A stretch of DNA of 64,000 nucleotides from an uncultured Nitrososphaerota archaeon (GTDB taxonomy: Archaea > Thermoproteota > Nitrososphaeria > Nitrososphaerales > CADDZS01): positions 448,001 through 512,000 of the forward strand of contig CAWCYI010000006.1 in assembly GCA_963799845.1 (NCBI GenBank), written 5' to 3'. Position 1 is the first letter of the stretch, and every line of letters starts with the position of its first letter. This document shows positions 51,204 to 61,237 of this stretch, in pieces. Both the position numbers and the translations under genes were made by a program. The notes below the pieces were generated by a model. It ran no database searches. It had not been told where the DNA came from and was given only the letters and a program-made list of their open reading frames with translations.

Positions 51204-51884
51204 CTACACCGTAGTAATCGGGACGCCCGAAATGAGAATGTCCTCGTTCTCTGTTTGCTCGAGCACAATGGTCCCCTCCATCGCAAGAAACAGGAAGAAG
51301 ATGAAAAACTGGGTCTTCTCAAGAGGATCTTTTCCAGCGGAAAAATCAGAAAAGAGAAAGGAGACCTTGACGCGGATTTCGGCGAGAATCCTGATTCTGA
51401 ATTCGTTCACAAGTTCGGAGATCTTGTTGAGAAACTTGTCCGGCTCAAAGGAGTACACCGGTTCGAGAAGCATGTTTGCTCTCTCCTGCTGCTTTCTCCT
51501 TCCGCGAATGATATCTTCGAGGATCGATTCTAGCGTCGAGACGAGATCCTCGATCGACGTCGAATAAATCTCCTGCCTGAATGGCATTTCGAGAATGAGC
51601 GGAACCTCGCCGGAGATGTCGATCCGCTGCATCCTCGCTTCCTTGATCTTGTCCAAGAGAAACAGGGTCTCGACCTTCAACCTGTAGATCAAAGCAGAAG
51701 AGAGCGCGGCGGAACCGCAGAGCCGAAGATCAATAAACTCGCTGCTGGAAATGATGTCCATAAACATCTTCAGCAGCCGTTCGAGATCGACCTCCCACGG
51801 CTTGTTGATCTTGTTACCGTCGGGATTCAGAAGCAGGTTGAGGGGCGGCCTGGACAGCTCGCGCTTTCTCTGTGGATCGGGCAC
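51204..51884 (-). CDS. scpA: Segregation and condensation protein A (kleisin)
   Basis: PWEVDL..LL, DLR..G.A..S.ALI..LK, FLFLA..G.I.LEQ; lies between smc and scpB. Confidence 0.85.
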   Translation of the reverse strand: MPDPQRKRELSRPPLNLLLNPDGNKINKPWEVDLERLLKMFMDIISSSEFIDLRLCGSAALSSALIYRLKVETLFLLDKIKEARMQRIDISGEVPLILEMPFRQEIYSTSIEDLVSTLESILEDIIRGRRKQQERANMLLEPVYSFEPDKFLNKISELVNEFRIRILAEIRVKVSFLFSDFSAGKDPLEKTQFFIFFLFLAMEGTIVLEQTENEDILISGVPITTV

Positions 51885-51888
51885 TATT

Positions 51889-54800
51889 TCACTCGTTTCT
51901 CACTTCGACCTCCATTCCGCTCTTGTACCTGATCACTTTGGAGCTTCCCTGCGTCATGTAGACTCCAATGACCGAGGTAGCTTTCGAAACTACGGTGTCT
52001 TTCAGGCTGACAATGATGATCTGAGAGTGGGCGCACCGCTCTGCGAGAATTGCCGCAAGGTTGCCGGAGTAAACGCTGTCAAGATGCGCGTCAACTTCGT
52101 CGAACACGTAGAAGGGCGAGGGAAAGACTGCCTGAATCGCGAGGATGAACGCAAGCGCCGACATTGTTTTTTCGCCGCCGCTGACCGAGCTCGAATCCCT
52201 CGGGAGTTTTCCGGGAAATTGCGCCATGAGGAAGACTCCGCTGTCGAAAATCGAATCGGGCTTTTCAATTTCAAGCCATGCGCTCCCTCCCGTCACCTTC
52301 GCGAAGATCACACGTAGCTCTCGATCGATCCTCTCGAACGCGTCCATGAACACCTTTCTTTTTTCGGAATCAATCGTCTCGATGAATGTGACAATTGCGT
52401 TTCGCTCTTTTTCTAGATCGTTTTTCCTGACGGAGGAGTACTTGTAATTCTCAAAGATTTCTCGATAGTTCTTGTCGGCGTTGAAGTTGACATTCATTCG
52501 CAGGGAATCGAATTCAGCCTGGAGCTCCTTCAGGAGCTCATCGACTCCTTCAAAGACCTCAACCGGTTCCGCGTACCCAAGCATTGCGAGCTCGCTAACT
52601 AGACTCCTCTCGGATTCCAAGTATCTGGAAAGGTCGTTGTTCGCGGAAAAATATTCCCGATCTGCAATAGCCAAATTCTTTCTAACAGATTCTTCTTCCA
52701 TTTTCAGCGACTTTAGACTGGAGTCAAGTGAATCAAGCAGCGGCTGGTACTTTGCGGCCCTGTCAAGGGTCTCGGCCTCTTTGATCTTCAGCTGATCAAG
52801 ATCCTTAAGCAGTTGCTCTAACCTTGCCGCAGTATCTAGCAGGAACTTTGATCGGTCGGCAAATCTCGTCTCGCTCTCCAGCTTCTGAGCGCGAAGACGC
52901 TCCAGAGCGGGCTTCTGGTTGTTCTCGAGCTCGCCGCGAATCCTCGTTATCTCGGTGGTGGTTTCTCTGATGTCGGACGAAACTCTGTCCATCTTGGCGT
53001 CGAGATCATTACGCCTACGATTTAGAGCACCGGACTTCACGTCAAACGTTGTCAGATCGAAAACGGAAAGCAGCGACCCTAACTTGTCGGAGCCGAGAGA
53101 CAAAGCAGAAATTCTTTTCTGAAAGGAACCAATTTCACTCAAAATTCTTGCAATTTCCTTATTGGATTGCTTTTGGCGCTCGATGAGAAGTTTGGTGTCG
53201 TCCGCATAGCGGGAGACAAACTGCCTGGTAGTTTCAAGCCGCGTCTCGATCTTGGATATTTCGAGGTCGTGCTCGTGCTCTCCACTTTCCAGATTCTGGC
53301 CCTTCGAATGCAGATTCGAGATCGAGGACCTTCTCCGCGCTATCAATTTTTGGAGCGAAGTCAGAACGTTCCTGATCCCATCGTCACTCTGTTGCTGGGC
53401 GAGAAGAGTTGCAACCTGAAGATACTTTTTCGAATAACCAGTCTGGAATGCAAGAACATCCGGCTCAAAAATATCACCTTGGAGGGTCACAGCCCTAAAT
53501 CCCTTCCTCGCCAAGATGAAAGCATTCTTCGCCGAATCGACGATAACCGCATCGCCGAAGACAAAATCGACGACATCACGCAACTCGATGTCAGTATCTA
53601 TGATATCTGACACGTAGGCGAGTACTCCCGGCAGCTCCAACTTCTCCTGAGTTTCTATCTTGCCTACTTCGCGAAGTGGGATCGCCGTCAAACGACTGAT
53701 CTTCATCTTCCGAGCCGCTTCCGTCACTCGAAGTAAGGCCGAGAGATCGCTTACGATCACCGCGTTCAGCCAGTCCTTGCCGACGGCAGTAACGGATTGA
53801 GCATATTCCTGATCATAGCTGACCAGAGATCGCAGCGGGCCATAGTATCCTCTGAGCGCGTTCGACCGTCCAAGCTCGTCGAGCTTCATTATTGCAATGT
53901 CCTCGCCCGCGACATTTTCAATCGCGGAAAATTCCGAATCATAGTCCCTTACAGCTTCCGTTGCCTTTTCGAGAATCATTAAAGCGATGCCGAGCTGCGC
54001 CTCAACCTTCCTACCGAGCTTTTCCATTTTGACCCTCGAAGACCTGAGATCATCTAGTTCGGAGCGCTGAAAGCCCAGCAGGTCTTCCAATGACTGGATG
54101 TTTTTCTTCGCCGACGCCAGGTTTTCTTCAAAAAACTTGATCTTCTCTTGAGTCGAAGACTTTCTGTTCCGAGCAGACTGGAGCTCGGAATTCAGCTTGT
54201 TGTATCTGTCCCGGGCAGCTTGAAGCTTTTGATCCTGCAGTTCCTTGGAGCTTCGTAGCTCGCTCAGCCGCTTTCGAGATAGCTCCATTTCCTTCTCGAA
54301 ATCGGTTCGATCTGTGGAGAGCTGATTTTGATGGATAACAAGATCGCGTTTTTCAGATTCAAATCCCGCAATCTTCTGCTGGAGCGAGACTACTTGCTCT
54401 TCCAGCTGGATTATCCTTGTTTGCTGAGATGAACTCATCTGGTCGAGCGTGGGTATTATCTGCCGGATCTTATCGACGTAGTCGCCGGCTTCGAGTCTTT
54501 CACGTTTCAGAGATTCGATCTCGTTTGTCAGTTTACCTACTTCGAGCTCGACCTTTGCAGCGCCGGAATCCATCGCAGATTTGATTAGCAGACTCCTCTG
54601 GAGATCGGATGAATCGATCAAAGATCTAATTTCTGTTAACCGTGATTGCATCTGCTCTAACTTCGTACCCGAGTCAGAGACCATCGCCTTTCTCTGAGCG
54701 ATTGTCGCCTTGACCCGGAAAAGCCTTGAAGACAAGGAAACCGCGCGCATCCAGCTCACCTGTTCTTCCAGCTGTCTTACCCTCAGCTGATCGTTTCTCT

Positions 54801-55440
54801 CCGCTTCAAGCTGCTGGACCCTGTCCCTTATCTCGCCGATTTTTGCCATCGCGACCTCGAGCTTCCTGTCCGCTTCGTCTAGATTCTTCATGGCGAGGTC
54901 CTTTTTCTCGTCAAATTGCGCTACTCCGACCATCTGCTCTATGAGTTTTCGCTTTTCGTCAGGAATAAGCTCCGAAATCCGGGTGATCATGCCCTGAAGG
55001 ACGATATTCAGCCCTCTGGAGGTGATCAGAGCAACTTCTAGCAGTTCTGACAGGTTGTTGCGCTGGATATGCTTCCCGTTGAGCGAGTAGATGCTTTCGC
55101 CGCTCTGCTTCAGTTCGCGAGAAATTGTGACGGAATCGCTATCCAACGGAATCCTTCGATCTGAATTGTCGAACTGCAGCGTCACTTTCGTGGAAGATGG
55201 CTTCTGCTCCTCGACAGAACCATCGTAAATCAGACCACCGAGATTCGGAACTCTGAGAGTCTTCGCGCTGTTCTCGCCAAGGCAGAATAGCGTAGCGTCC
55301 AGGAGGTTGCTCTTGCCCGAACCGTTGGGTCCTGTGATTGCGATAAAGCCCTTTTCGATGGGGATCGACATTAACTTTGATCCGAGAGACTTGAAACCTC
55401 TCGTCTCAATTTTCTTGAGATATACCAAGACGCTGAACAC
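51889..55440 (-). CDS. smc: Chromosome segregation protein SMC
   Basis: GFKS, GPNGSGKSN, coiled coils, hinge VTLQGD, SGGEKT, FDEVDAHLD. Confidence 0.96.
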   Translation of the reverse strand: MFSVLVYLKKIETRGFKSLGSKLMSIPIEKGFIAITGPNGSGKSNLLDATLFCLGENSAKTLRVPNLGGLIYDGSVEEQKPSSTKVTLQFDNSDRRIPLDSDSVTISRELKQSGESIYSLNGKHIQRNNLSELLEVALITSRGLNIVLQGMITRISELIPDEKRKLIEQMVGVAQFDEKKDLAMKNLDEADRKLEVAMAKIGEIRDRVQQLEAERNDQLRVRQLEEQVSWMRAVSLSSRLFRVKATIAQRKAMVSDSGTKLEQMQSRLTEIRSLIDSSDLQRSLLIKSAMDSGAAKVELEVGKLTNEIESLKRERLEAGDYVDKIRQIIPTLDQMSSSQQTRIIQLEEQVVSLQQKIAGFESEKRDLVIHQNQLSTDRTDFEKEMELSRKRLSELRSSKELQDQKLQAARDRYNKLNSELQSARNRKSSTQEKIKFFEENLASAKKNIQSLEDLLGFQRSELDDLRSSRVKMEKLGRKVEAQLGIALMILEKATEAVRDYDSEFSAIENVAGEDIAIMKLDELGRSNALRGYYGPLRSLVSYDQEYAQSVTAVGKDWLNAVIVSDLSALLRVTEAARKMKISRLTAIPLREVGKIETQEKLELPGVLAYVSDIIDTDIELRDVVDFVFGDAVIVDSAKNAFILARKGFRAVTLQGDIFEPDVLAFQTGYSKKYLQVATLLAQQQSDDGIRNVLTSLQKLIARRRSSISNLHSKGQNLESGEHEHDLEISKIETRLETTRQFVSRYADDTKLLIERQKQSNKEIARILSEIGSFQKRISALSLGSDKLGSLLSVFDLTTFDVKSGALNRRRNDLDAKMDRVSSDIRETTTEITRIRGELENNQKPALERLRAQKLESETRFADRSKFLLDTAARLEQLLKDLDQLKIKEAETLDRAAKYQPLLDSLDSSLKSLKMEEESVRKNLAIADREYFSANNDLSRYLESERSLVSELAMLGYAEPVEVFEGVDELLKELQAEFDSLRMNVNFNADKNYREIFENYKYSSVRKNDLEKERNAIVTFIETIDSEKRKVFMDAFERIDRELRVIFAKVTGGSAWLEIEKPDSIFDSGVFLMAQFPGKLPRDSSSVSGGEKTMSALAFILAIQAVFPSPFYVFDEVDAHLDSVYSGNLAAILAERCAHSQIIIVSLKDTVVSKATSVIGVYMTQGSSKVIRYKSGMEVEVRNE

Positions 55441-55569
55441 TCCCGAATTTTTCGAATGGCTGCCATCAAATATTCTCGTTATTTCGTATTTTGATGAATT
55501 TGCTAGACGGCCGTTTCCGTCCCTACGTTTGAGAAGATGTTAAACATTGTGCCGATTTGAAACCGGTTC

Positions 55570-56520
55570 TCAAACAAATCGCGGCCCGCTCTGAATCAGG
55601 TCCGATTCGAATATCGCGTGGCGAGGGATAAATTCTGAAAACCGTTTCGAGAATATTCTTCGCTGCGCTTTTTCGACCAGACAGTGTATCGCATTACCTA
55701 TCATGTTCGGCGTGGCCCCCAACGCTCCTGAATCGACCGCCTTATCGGACAGCTCCAGCAACTTCTTCGAAGCTAGACCTGTTTTTTCTGAAAAGACTCT
55801 CGCTTGTTTCAGCAGATTCTCAGGAGTTGGATCATCAAGGATCTTTTCAAGAGATATTCTTCCGAACTTGTTTATCTTGTCGCGAGTACTTTCTTTCGAA
55901 AGAATGGGCGACTTTCTGATCGGACCGAAAGTGGCACAAGCAAGATAAAATTCATTGTAATCGGCTAGAATTGTTTCCGTCCTTCCAATCGAGTAACTGC
56001 CAGGCTCGGTCACTAGTCCTATGGCGCCCCCGCCCGAGGCAAGCGAAACAACGGTCCCCAAACCGGTCAAGTTTTGCACCTCTGCTGTATGGGCGAATCC
56101 GGATGCTCTAGAAAGCGTGAATTTGAGGTTAAACAGGTCGCTAATTGCAATCGAAGTAGCCAGAGCTCCGGCTCCGCTCGTTCCAAACCCCTGACCGATT
56201 GGAGGAGTAATTTCATGGTATACTTGAACTGGCGGAATCCCGAATTCTTCCCGGATTAGTTGAACTACTCGAAGAGAAGTTCTGGCACCCTTTGCTATTC
56301 GCCCTGCGAACCTTATTTCGTCCTTTTTCAAGTTAGAATTTGACGATACGAATGTAGTCGTACCTTTTTTGATTATGAATCCCCCTCCTCTGGCGCCAAT
56401 TCTGAGAGGATCTCGGATTTTTGTCCCATCTTGATTGCGATCGCAGATTTCGAAAAAACTGGAAACGCCCGATGGAACGTAGCACTTCTTCGATGTTTTC
56501 GGACTAAATTCTACGGGCAT
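55570..56520 (-). CDS. pok: Pantoate kinase (GHMP family)
   Basis: P.GVSSFF, IGARGGG, PIGQGFGTSGAGAL, AH.AEV...TGLGTV, NMIG. Confidence 0.82.
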   Translation of the reverse strand: MPVEFSPKTSKKCYVPSGVSSFFEICDRNQDGTKIRDPLRIGARGGGFIIKKGTTTFVSSNSNLKKDEIRFAGRIAKGARTSLRVVQLIREEFGIPPVQVYHEITPPIGQGFGTSGAGALATSIAISDLFNLKFTLSRASGFAHTAEVQNLTGLGTVVSLASGGGAIGLVTEPGSYSIGRTETILADYNEFYLACATFGPIRKSPILSKESTRDKINKFGRISLEKILDDPTPENLLKQARVFSEKTGLASKKLLELSDKAVDSGALGATPNMIGNAIHCLVEKAQRRIFSKRFSEFIPRHAIFESDLIQSGPRFV

Positions 56521-56544
56521 TTGTTACGGACTGGTAGTTTCAAG

Positions 56545-57423
56545 TTATGCTGGAGATTTCTGCTCGGTACTCATCTTCGGTCGTGGAGATATCTGAGGTA
56601 GAAATGCTCCAATTACAAGGACAGCTATTGCAGAAAAAACGAACAAGACTTCCCAATTGACCGATCCTCCAAAGGCACTGACAACCGTCTTGACTCCTGT
56701 CAATCCCGAAATGAGCGCTACTGCGAGTCCGGCTAACACCAGAATTGCAACCAATATCGACCATGTCCAAACAATTTTCTTGTTCGGTTCACTAAGGTTG
56801 GGATACTCACGACCGACGGATAACTGGCTTGCGTATGGCCTCATAATTCGGATGAGTGGTGGAACGAGAATTATTACAAACGGAAACATCGTCCCAAACC
56901 AAAAAAGAAGAAGCCCAATCACCCATCCTACCGCCGATATACTACTCATTCCGGGAAACGGGTTTAAAGCGGAAAGAGGCAGGAATAACAAACCTAGAAA
57001 TACAACGCCAACCGCGGCAACCAAGTTCCCAACGAACAGTCCTGTCGTGGTCCCTAGGACAAAACCCCTCCAACTTTTCATTTTTTGGTAAACCCACCCC
57101 AGAGCGAGGAATCCTAGGAAATTGCCAATTCCTCCTCCTCCGACAGCCCAGAGGAATGTGCTCTTTCCAGCTGGAACAAGCGACAACATGTCACCGATGA
57201 ACGATCCAATAGCAGCTCCTAAGGCCGCAGGAAGAGGTCCAGCGGTTACGGCAAAGAAAGCTGGAATTACTACTCCGGGTCTAAATTCACCCACTCCGAA
57301 AGGAGTCTGGATGAAACTCGTTGCAATGTTAACAACTGCATAAAGTGCCGCGCAGATCGCTGCAGTAGAAACTAAAGAGGACCGACTTTTTGTTTGTGCG
57401 ACCAACAATAATAGTCGATGCAT
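56545..57423 (-). CDS. ECF transporter S-component-like membrane protein
   Basis: AICAALYA, EFRP.V.IPA.F....GP...LGAAIG.FIGD; start likely 57423 or 57405. Confidence 0.7.
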   Translation of the reverse strand: MHRLLLLVAQTKSRSSLVSTAAICAALYAVVNIATSFIQTPFGVGEFRPGVVIPAFFAVTAGPLPAALGAAIGSFIGDMLSLVPAGKSTFLWAVGGGGIGNFLGFLALGWVYQKMKSWRGFVLGTTTGLFVGNLVAAVGVVFLGLLFLPLSALNPFPGMSSISAVGWVIGLLLFWFGTMFPFVIILVPPLIRIMRPYASQLSVGREYPNLSEPNKKIVWTWSILVAILVLAGLAVALISGLTGVKTVVSAFGGSVNWEVLFVFSAIAVLVIGAFLPQISPRPKMSTEQKSPA

Positions 57424-57470
57424 AAGCAATATATTAAGACTATATCTAAAATCTCTAGAGTTATCTAGAT

Positions 57471-58457
57471 ATGCAGATGCGCAAGCTGCAGGAAATGGGA
57501 GGAGCAACTCTACTCGTATCTCTGCCCAAGGAGTGGGCTCGGAGTGCAGCCCTAAAGAAAGGCTCTCTTGTGACCATAGATCAATCATCGGACGGAGGGC
57601 TTCTAATTTACCCTACGAAGGAAGCCAACGACGAACATGTGGGGCGAGAAATTGAGATTCAGTATCCCTCGAAGTTCAGCAACGAGGGTGTTTCCAATGA
57701 AGTAACGGCCGCATACCTTCTGGGTTACGATCTTATCAAGGTCAGCGGTCAGATTAGAATCTCTCCACGGGATCGAGACAGAATAATCTCGTCGATAAAA
57801 CTTCTGATAGGACTAGAAGTAGTTGAAGAAGATGCACACAGCATTACCAGCCAATTTCTGGTTGACAACACAGTCGTCGAACCCAGCAAGATATTTCGAA
57901 GAATAAGCTCCATAGTGAGAGCAATGATCTCGGACACCATTAGGCAGCTTACTTCTAGCGAATCCACTGTGTTTGAATCGGTGGCTAAAAGGGACGACGA
58001 GGTGGACAGACTCCATTTTCTGCTGGTCAGGCTAATTCGAACGGCGGTAAGAGAACCACGTTCTGCAAGCAAGTTCGGTCTGTCTGCGATTGATTGCCTG
58101 GACTATCGAGTCGCAGCAAGCTCGTTGGAGACTGCGGGAGACTATGCCGTCGAACTTTCCAATTCGATACCTAGGCTCGGTCGCATCAGTCGAGACCTTC
58201 AAGTCCAAATGGCTGAAGTGAGCAATCTCCTCGACACGATCCAGTCCAACGCGGTGAGAAGTTTTATCCAGAGAGACTTCAAACTCGCGCAGCGAGTACT
58301 TGACGATTCTCTGAGATTGGAGAGGTTGATAACGGGACTCAGGGACTTTACTGACGGTTCGCTTCCCGAAGTTCTTCACCTTGCGGATACGATTGAACGG
58401 ATATCACGATGCCAGCGGGATGTCGCGGATCTCGTTTCCCCGATGGGCCCCGCATGA
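57471..58457 (+). CDS. phoU: AbrB-PhoU family phosphate uptake regulator
   Basis: RKLQ..GG.T..VSLPKEW, AAYL.GYD.I, RDDEVDRL.FL, LE..GDYA. Confidence 0.85.
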   Translation: MQMRKLQEMGGATLLVSLPKEWARSAALKKGSLVTIDQSSDGGLLIYPTKEANDEHVGREIEIQYPSKFSNEGVSNEVTAAYLLGYDLIKVSGQIRISPRDRDRIISSIKLLIGLEVVEEDAHSITSQFLVDNTVVEPSKIFRRISSIVRAMISDTIRQLTSSESTVFESVAKRDDEVDRLHFLLVRLIRTAVREPRSASKFGLSAIDCLDYRVAASSLETAGDYAVELSNSIPRLGRISRDLQVQMAEVSNLLDTIQSNAVRSFIQRDFKLAQRVLDDSLRLERLITGLRDFTDGSLPEVLHLADTIERISRCQRDVADLVSPMGPA

Positions 58458-58486
58458 AATTGATCTTGGATTCGGGTCTCCAAAAC

Positions 58487-59521
58487 TCTCTTATCAAACA
58501 ATTATTTCGCTCCATAGTCAACAAGGTTAGGCTGGGGGACTATTGGAGGAGCATCTGGAAGAAGCATGGCTATGGGTCAAGAAGCTTTCAGAGGAAAAGG
58601 TGGTGTGGGTGGTCAAGGCTAGAGAGAGCGGCCTTGCAGCCAGGGATATCGCATCAACCCAGAACATCACCGTGAGAAGAGTGGAGCAGCTTTATGCCCA
58701 ATACAGGGAATCCGGAGAGATACCATCTCTCAAGAAGGCAGGCAGAAAAAGAATCGAGATCCCAATTGAGGAGAGGAATGCGATCATCGAAGCTTCAAGG
58801 AAGTTTGGCGTCGGAGCCTGCTACCTCGTTTCAATCCTCAAGAGAGATTACGGCATCGATGAAACAAACCACATGCGAGTCTATAGCGTATTGAAGGAGG
58901 AAGGATTGTTGTACAATACAGCAAGGACGCGCTTCAAGCGCAAGTGGATCAGATATGAAAGGGAGCATTCCAATTCGTTGTGGCACGTCGATTGGCACGA
59001 GATGAAATCGTCAGTATACAGGGGCAAGTGGCTGGTAATCTACGAGGATGACGCATCGAGGTACATCCTGGGTTATGGCGTGTTTGACTCTCCGTCGTCT
59101 GAAAATGCAGTGAGCGTCCTGAAGGAAGCGATCAGGGAACATGGCAGACCAGCATCAATCCTCTCAGACAGAGGTACATCCTTCTATGCGGTCGAAGCTG
59201 AAACAAAAACGAAAGGTCTCACTGAATTCGAGCTCTATCTGATGAGGAATCACATCAAACATATTCTTTCAAGAGTGAGACATCCCCAAACCAATGGAAA
59301 ATTGGAGAAGCTCTTTGATACGGTTGAAAGAGGACTCGCGAAGGGATTCTCTCCGATTGAGGAGTGTGTACGCTGGTACAACTGCATCAAGCCCCACGGA
59401 GCCCTTGATCTGGAGAGAGCTGAAACTCCACTGGAAGCCTACTACAGGAAGATGGAAATAAAAGAGGAACTCATAGATCCTTCAATCATGTGGGAGAGCG
59501 AAATGATTCTTTGATAGAACA
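58487..59521 (+). mobile_element. IS481-family insertion sequence
   Basis: Imperfect ~26-bp TIRs (tctcttatcaaacaattatttcgctc / gagcgaaatgattctttgatagaaca) flanked by a 15-bp direct repeat tcgggtctccaaaac. Confidence 0.9.
58543..59514 (+). CDS. IS481 transposase (rve integrase core)
   Basis: RYERE.SNSLWHVD, DDASR, LSDRG, PQTNGKLE, YN...PH..L; true start may be ATG 58573. Confidence 0.9.
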   Translation: MEEHLEEAWLWVKKLSEEKVVWVVKARESGLAARDIASTQNITVRRVEQLYAQYRESGEIPSLKKAGRKRIEIPIEERNAIIEASRKFGVGACYLVSILKRDYGIDETNHMRVYSVLKEEGLLYNTARTRFKRKWIRYEREHSNSLWHVDWHEMKSSVYRGKWLVIYEDDASRYILGYGVFDSPSSENAVSVLKEAIREHGRPASILSDRGTSFYAVEAETKTKGLTEFELYLMRNHIKHILSRVRHPQTNGKLEKLFDTVERGLAKGFSPIEECVRWYNCIKPHGALDLERAETPLEAYYRKMEIKEELIDPSIMWESEMIL

Positions 59522-59572
59522 TCGGGTCTCCAAAACGGAAACGAATATAAGATTAAGCTGACAATCAAAATT

Positions 59573-61237
59573 ATGCCCGCAGTCTCTGAATATTCTACGC
59601 TTTCTCCCAATTCTTCCACGCCCCGCAAGTATGTCTTTGTGACAGGAGGCGTCATGTCTGGTCTTGGTAAGGGAATCTCCTCAGCCTCGATAGCCAAGCT
59701 TCTGCAGTTGTGCGGCTTTTCTGTTAGTTGTTTGAAAATAGATCCGTATCTCAACGTCGATGCGGGTACCATGAACCCCGTGGCACACGGCGAGGTTTTC
59801 GTGACCGATGACGGTGGCGAAACCGACATGGACATCGGCAACTATGAACGATTCCTGGACGTCAATCTAACTAGAGATCACAACATGACCACCGGGTCAG
59901 TCTATCTCAAGGTCATTCAAGAAGAGAGAAGCGGCAAGTATCTCGGAAAGTGCGTCCAGATCATTCCGCACATAACCGACGCAATAAAGGAAAGAATCAG
60001 ACATGTAGCTAATCAAGCAAACACCGATATTCTGCTCGTCGAGTGCGGTGGCACGGTCGGCGACATAGAGAGCCTCCCATTTCTTGAGGCATTCAGACAG
60101 ATGAGACTCGAAGAGGGTGCATCCAATTCTGTTTTTGTTCATGTTACCTTAGCTCCTGTACTTGAGACTGTGGGCGAACAGAAAACAAAACCTACCCAGC
60201 ACAGCGTTCAGGAACTTCGCAGAATCGGTATACAGCCAGATGTGATTGTTGTTAGATCCAAGAATAAGCTGACGAAGGAGTCCCGCGAAAAAATTTCGCT
60301 ATTTACCAGTGTCGAGTTGAAGAGTGTTATCTCAAATCCCAATGCAAAGTCGATTTACCAGGTACCTGAGATTCTCCGTTCAGAGGGCATAGTCGAAACC
60401 ATTTGTGAAAAATTGAGACTGACCCCGAACACGTTCAACTACGAAGCATGGCAGAAAGTGGCGGACCAGTTCGTCACTACAAAAGACGCGATAAAGATTG
60501 CGATGGTCGGGAAATACGTTTCGCTAACAGACAGCTACGCCTCGGTTAATGAGGCGCTGTCGCACGCGGGAGCGCAACAGGGATTGAGTGTAATTGTCGA
60601 AAACGTCGATTCGCAAGAGTTCGAGATAAGTCCCGACTCGATATCCAAACTGGCCGAGTACCATGGTATTTTGATCCCACAAGGATTCGGGAAAAGGGGA
60701 AGCGAAGGAAAAATACTTGCAGCTAATTACGCGAGAGAAAACGCGATCCCGTATCTCGGTTTGTGTTTTGGATTTCAAATGGCGATAGTCTCTTTCGCTA
60801 GATTTGTTTTAGGACTCGTGGACGCGAACTCGACCGAACTGAATTCTGCGACAAAAAATCCCGTAATCGACCTTCTTCCCGAACAAAAGCAGGTAAAAGA
60901 CCTCGGTGGTTCGATGAGACTAGGAGGGCACGAGATAAACATCGTTGACGGGACGATGGCTTCAAGGATTTACCAAAAGCAACAAATTCGAGAGAGGCAT
61001 CGGCATCGGTACGAACTGAACCAATCGTACTTGCCATTATTCGAGAAGGCTGGGATGCATTTCTCGGCTTTTAGCGACAGCGGAAAAAGAACAGAGATTC
61101 TAGAGATCAGGGAACACCCGTTCTTTTTCGCGACTCAGTACCATCCCGAATACATTAGCCGGCCTGGGAAACCGGAGCCGAGTGACTTTAGTTTCGTAAA
61201 GGCCGCCGCCTCAAGAAAGGTTACCGTACTTGCTTAG
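59573..61237 (+). CDS. pyrG: CTP synthase
   Basis: KYVFVTGGVMSGLGKG, KIDPYLNVDAGTMNP, GLCFGFQ, ERHRHRYE, QYHPE. Confidence 0.97.
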   Translation: MPAVSEYSTLSPNSSTPRKYVFVTGGVMSGLGKGISSASIAKLLQLCGFSVSCLKIDPYLNVDAGTMNPVAHGEVFVTDDGGETDMDIGNYERFLDVNLTRDHNMTTGSVYLKVIQEERSGKYLGKCVQIIPHITDAIKERIRHVANQANTDILLVECGGTVGDIESLPFLEAFRQMRLEEGASNSVFVHVTLAPVLETVGEQKTKPTQHSVQELRRIGIQPDVIVVRSKNKLTKESREKISLFTSVELKSVISNPNAKSIYQVPEILRSEGIVETICEKLRLTPNTFNYEAWQKVADQFVTTKDAIKIAMVGKYVSLTDSYASVNEALSHAGAQQGLSVIVENVDSQEFEISPDSISKLAEYHGILIPQGFGKRGSEGKILAANYARENAIPYLGLCFGFQMAIVSFARFVLGLVDANSTELNSATKNPVIDLLPEQKQVKDLGGSMRLGGHEINIVDGTMASRIYQKQQIRERHRHRYELNQSYLPLFEKAGMHFSAFSDSGKRTEILEIREHPFFFATQYHPEYISRPGKPEPSDFSFVKAAASRKVTVLA

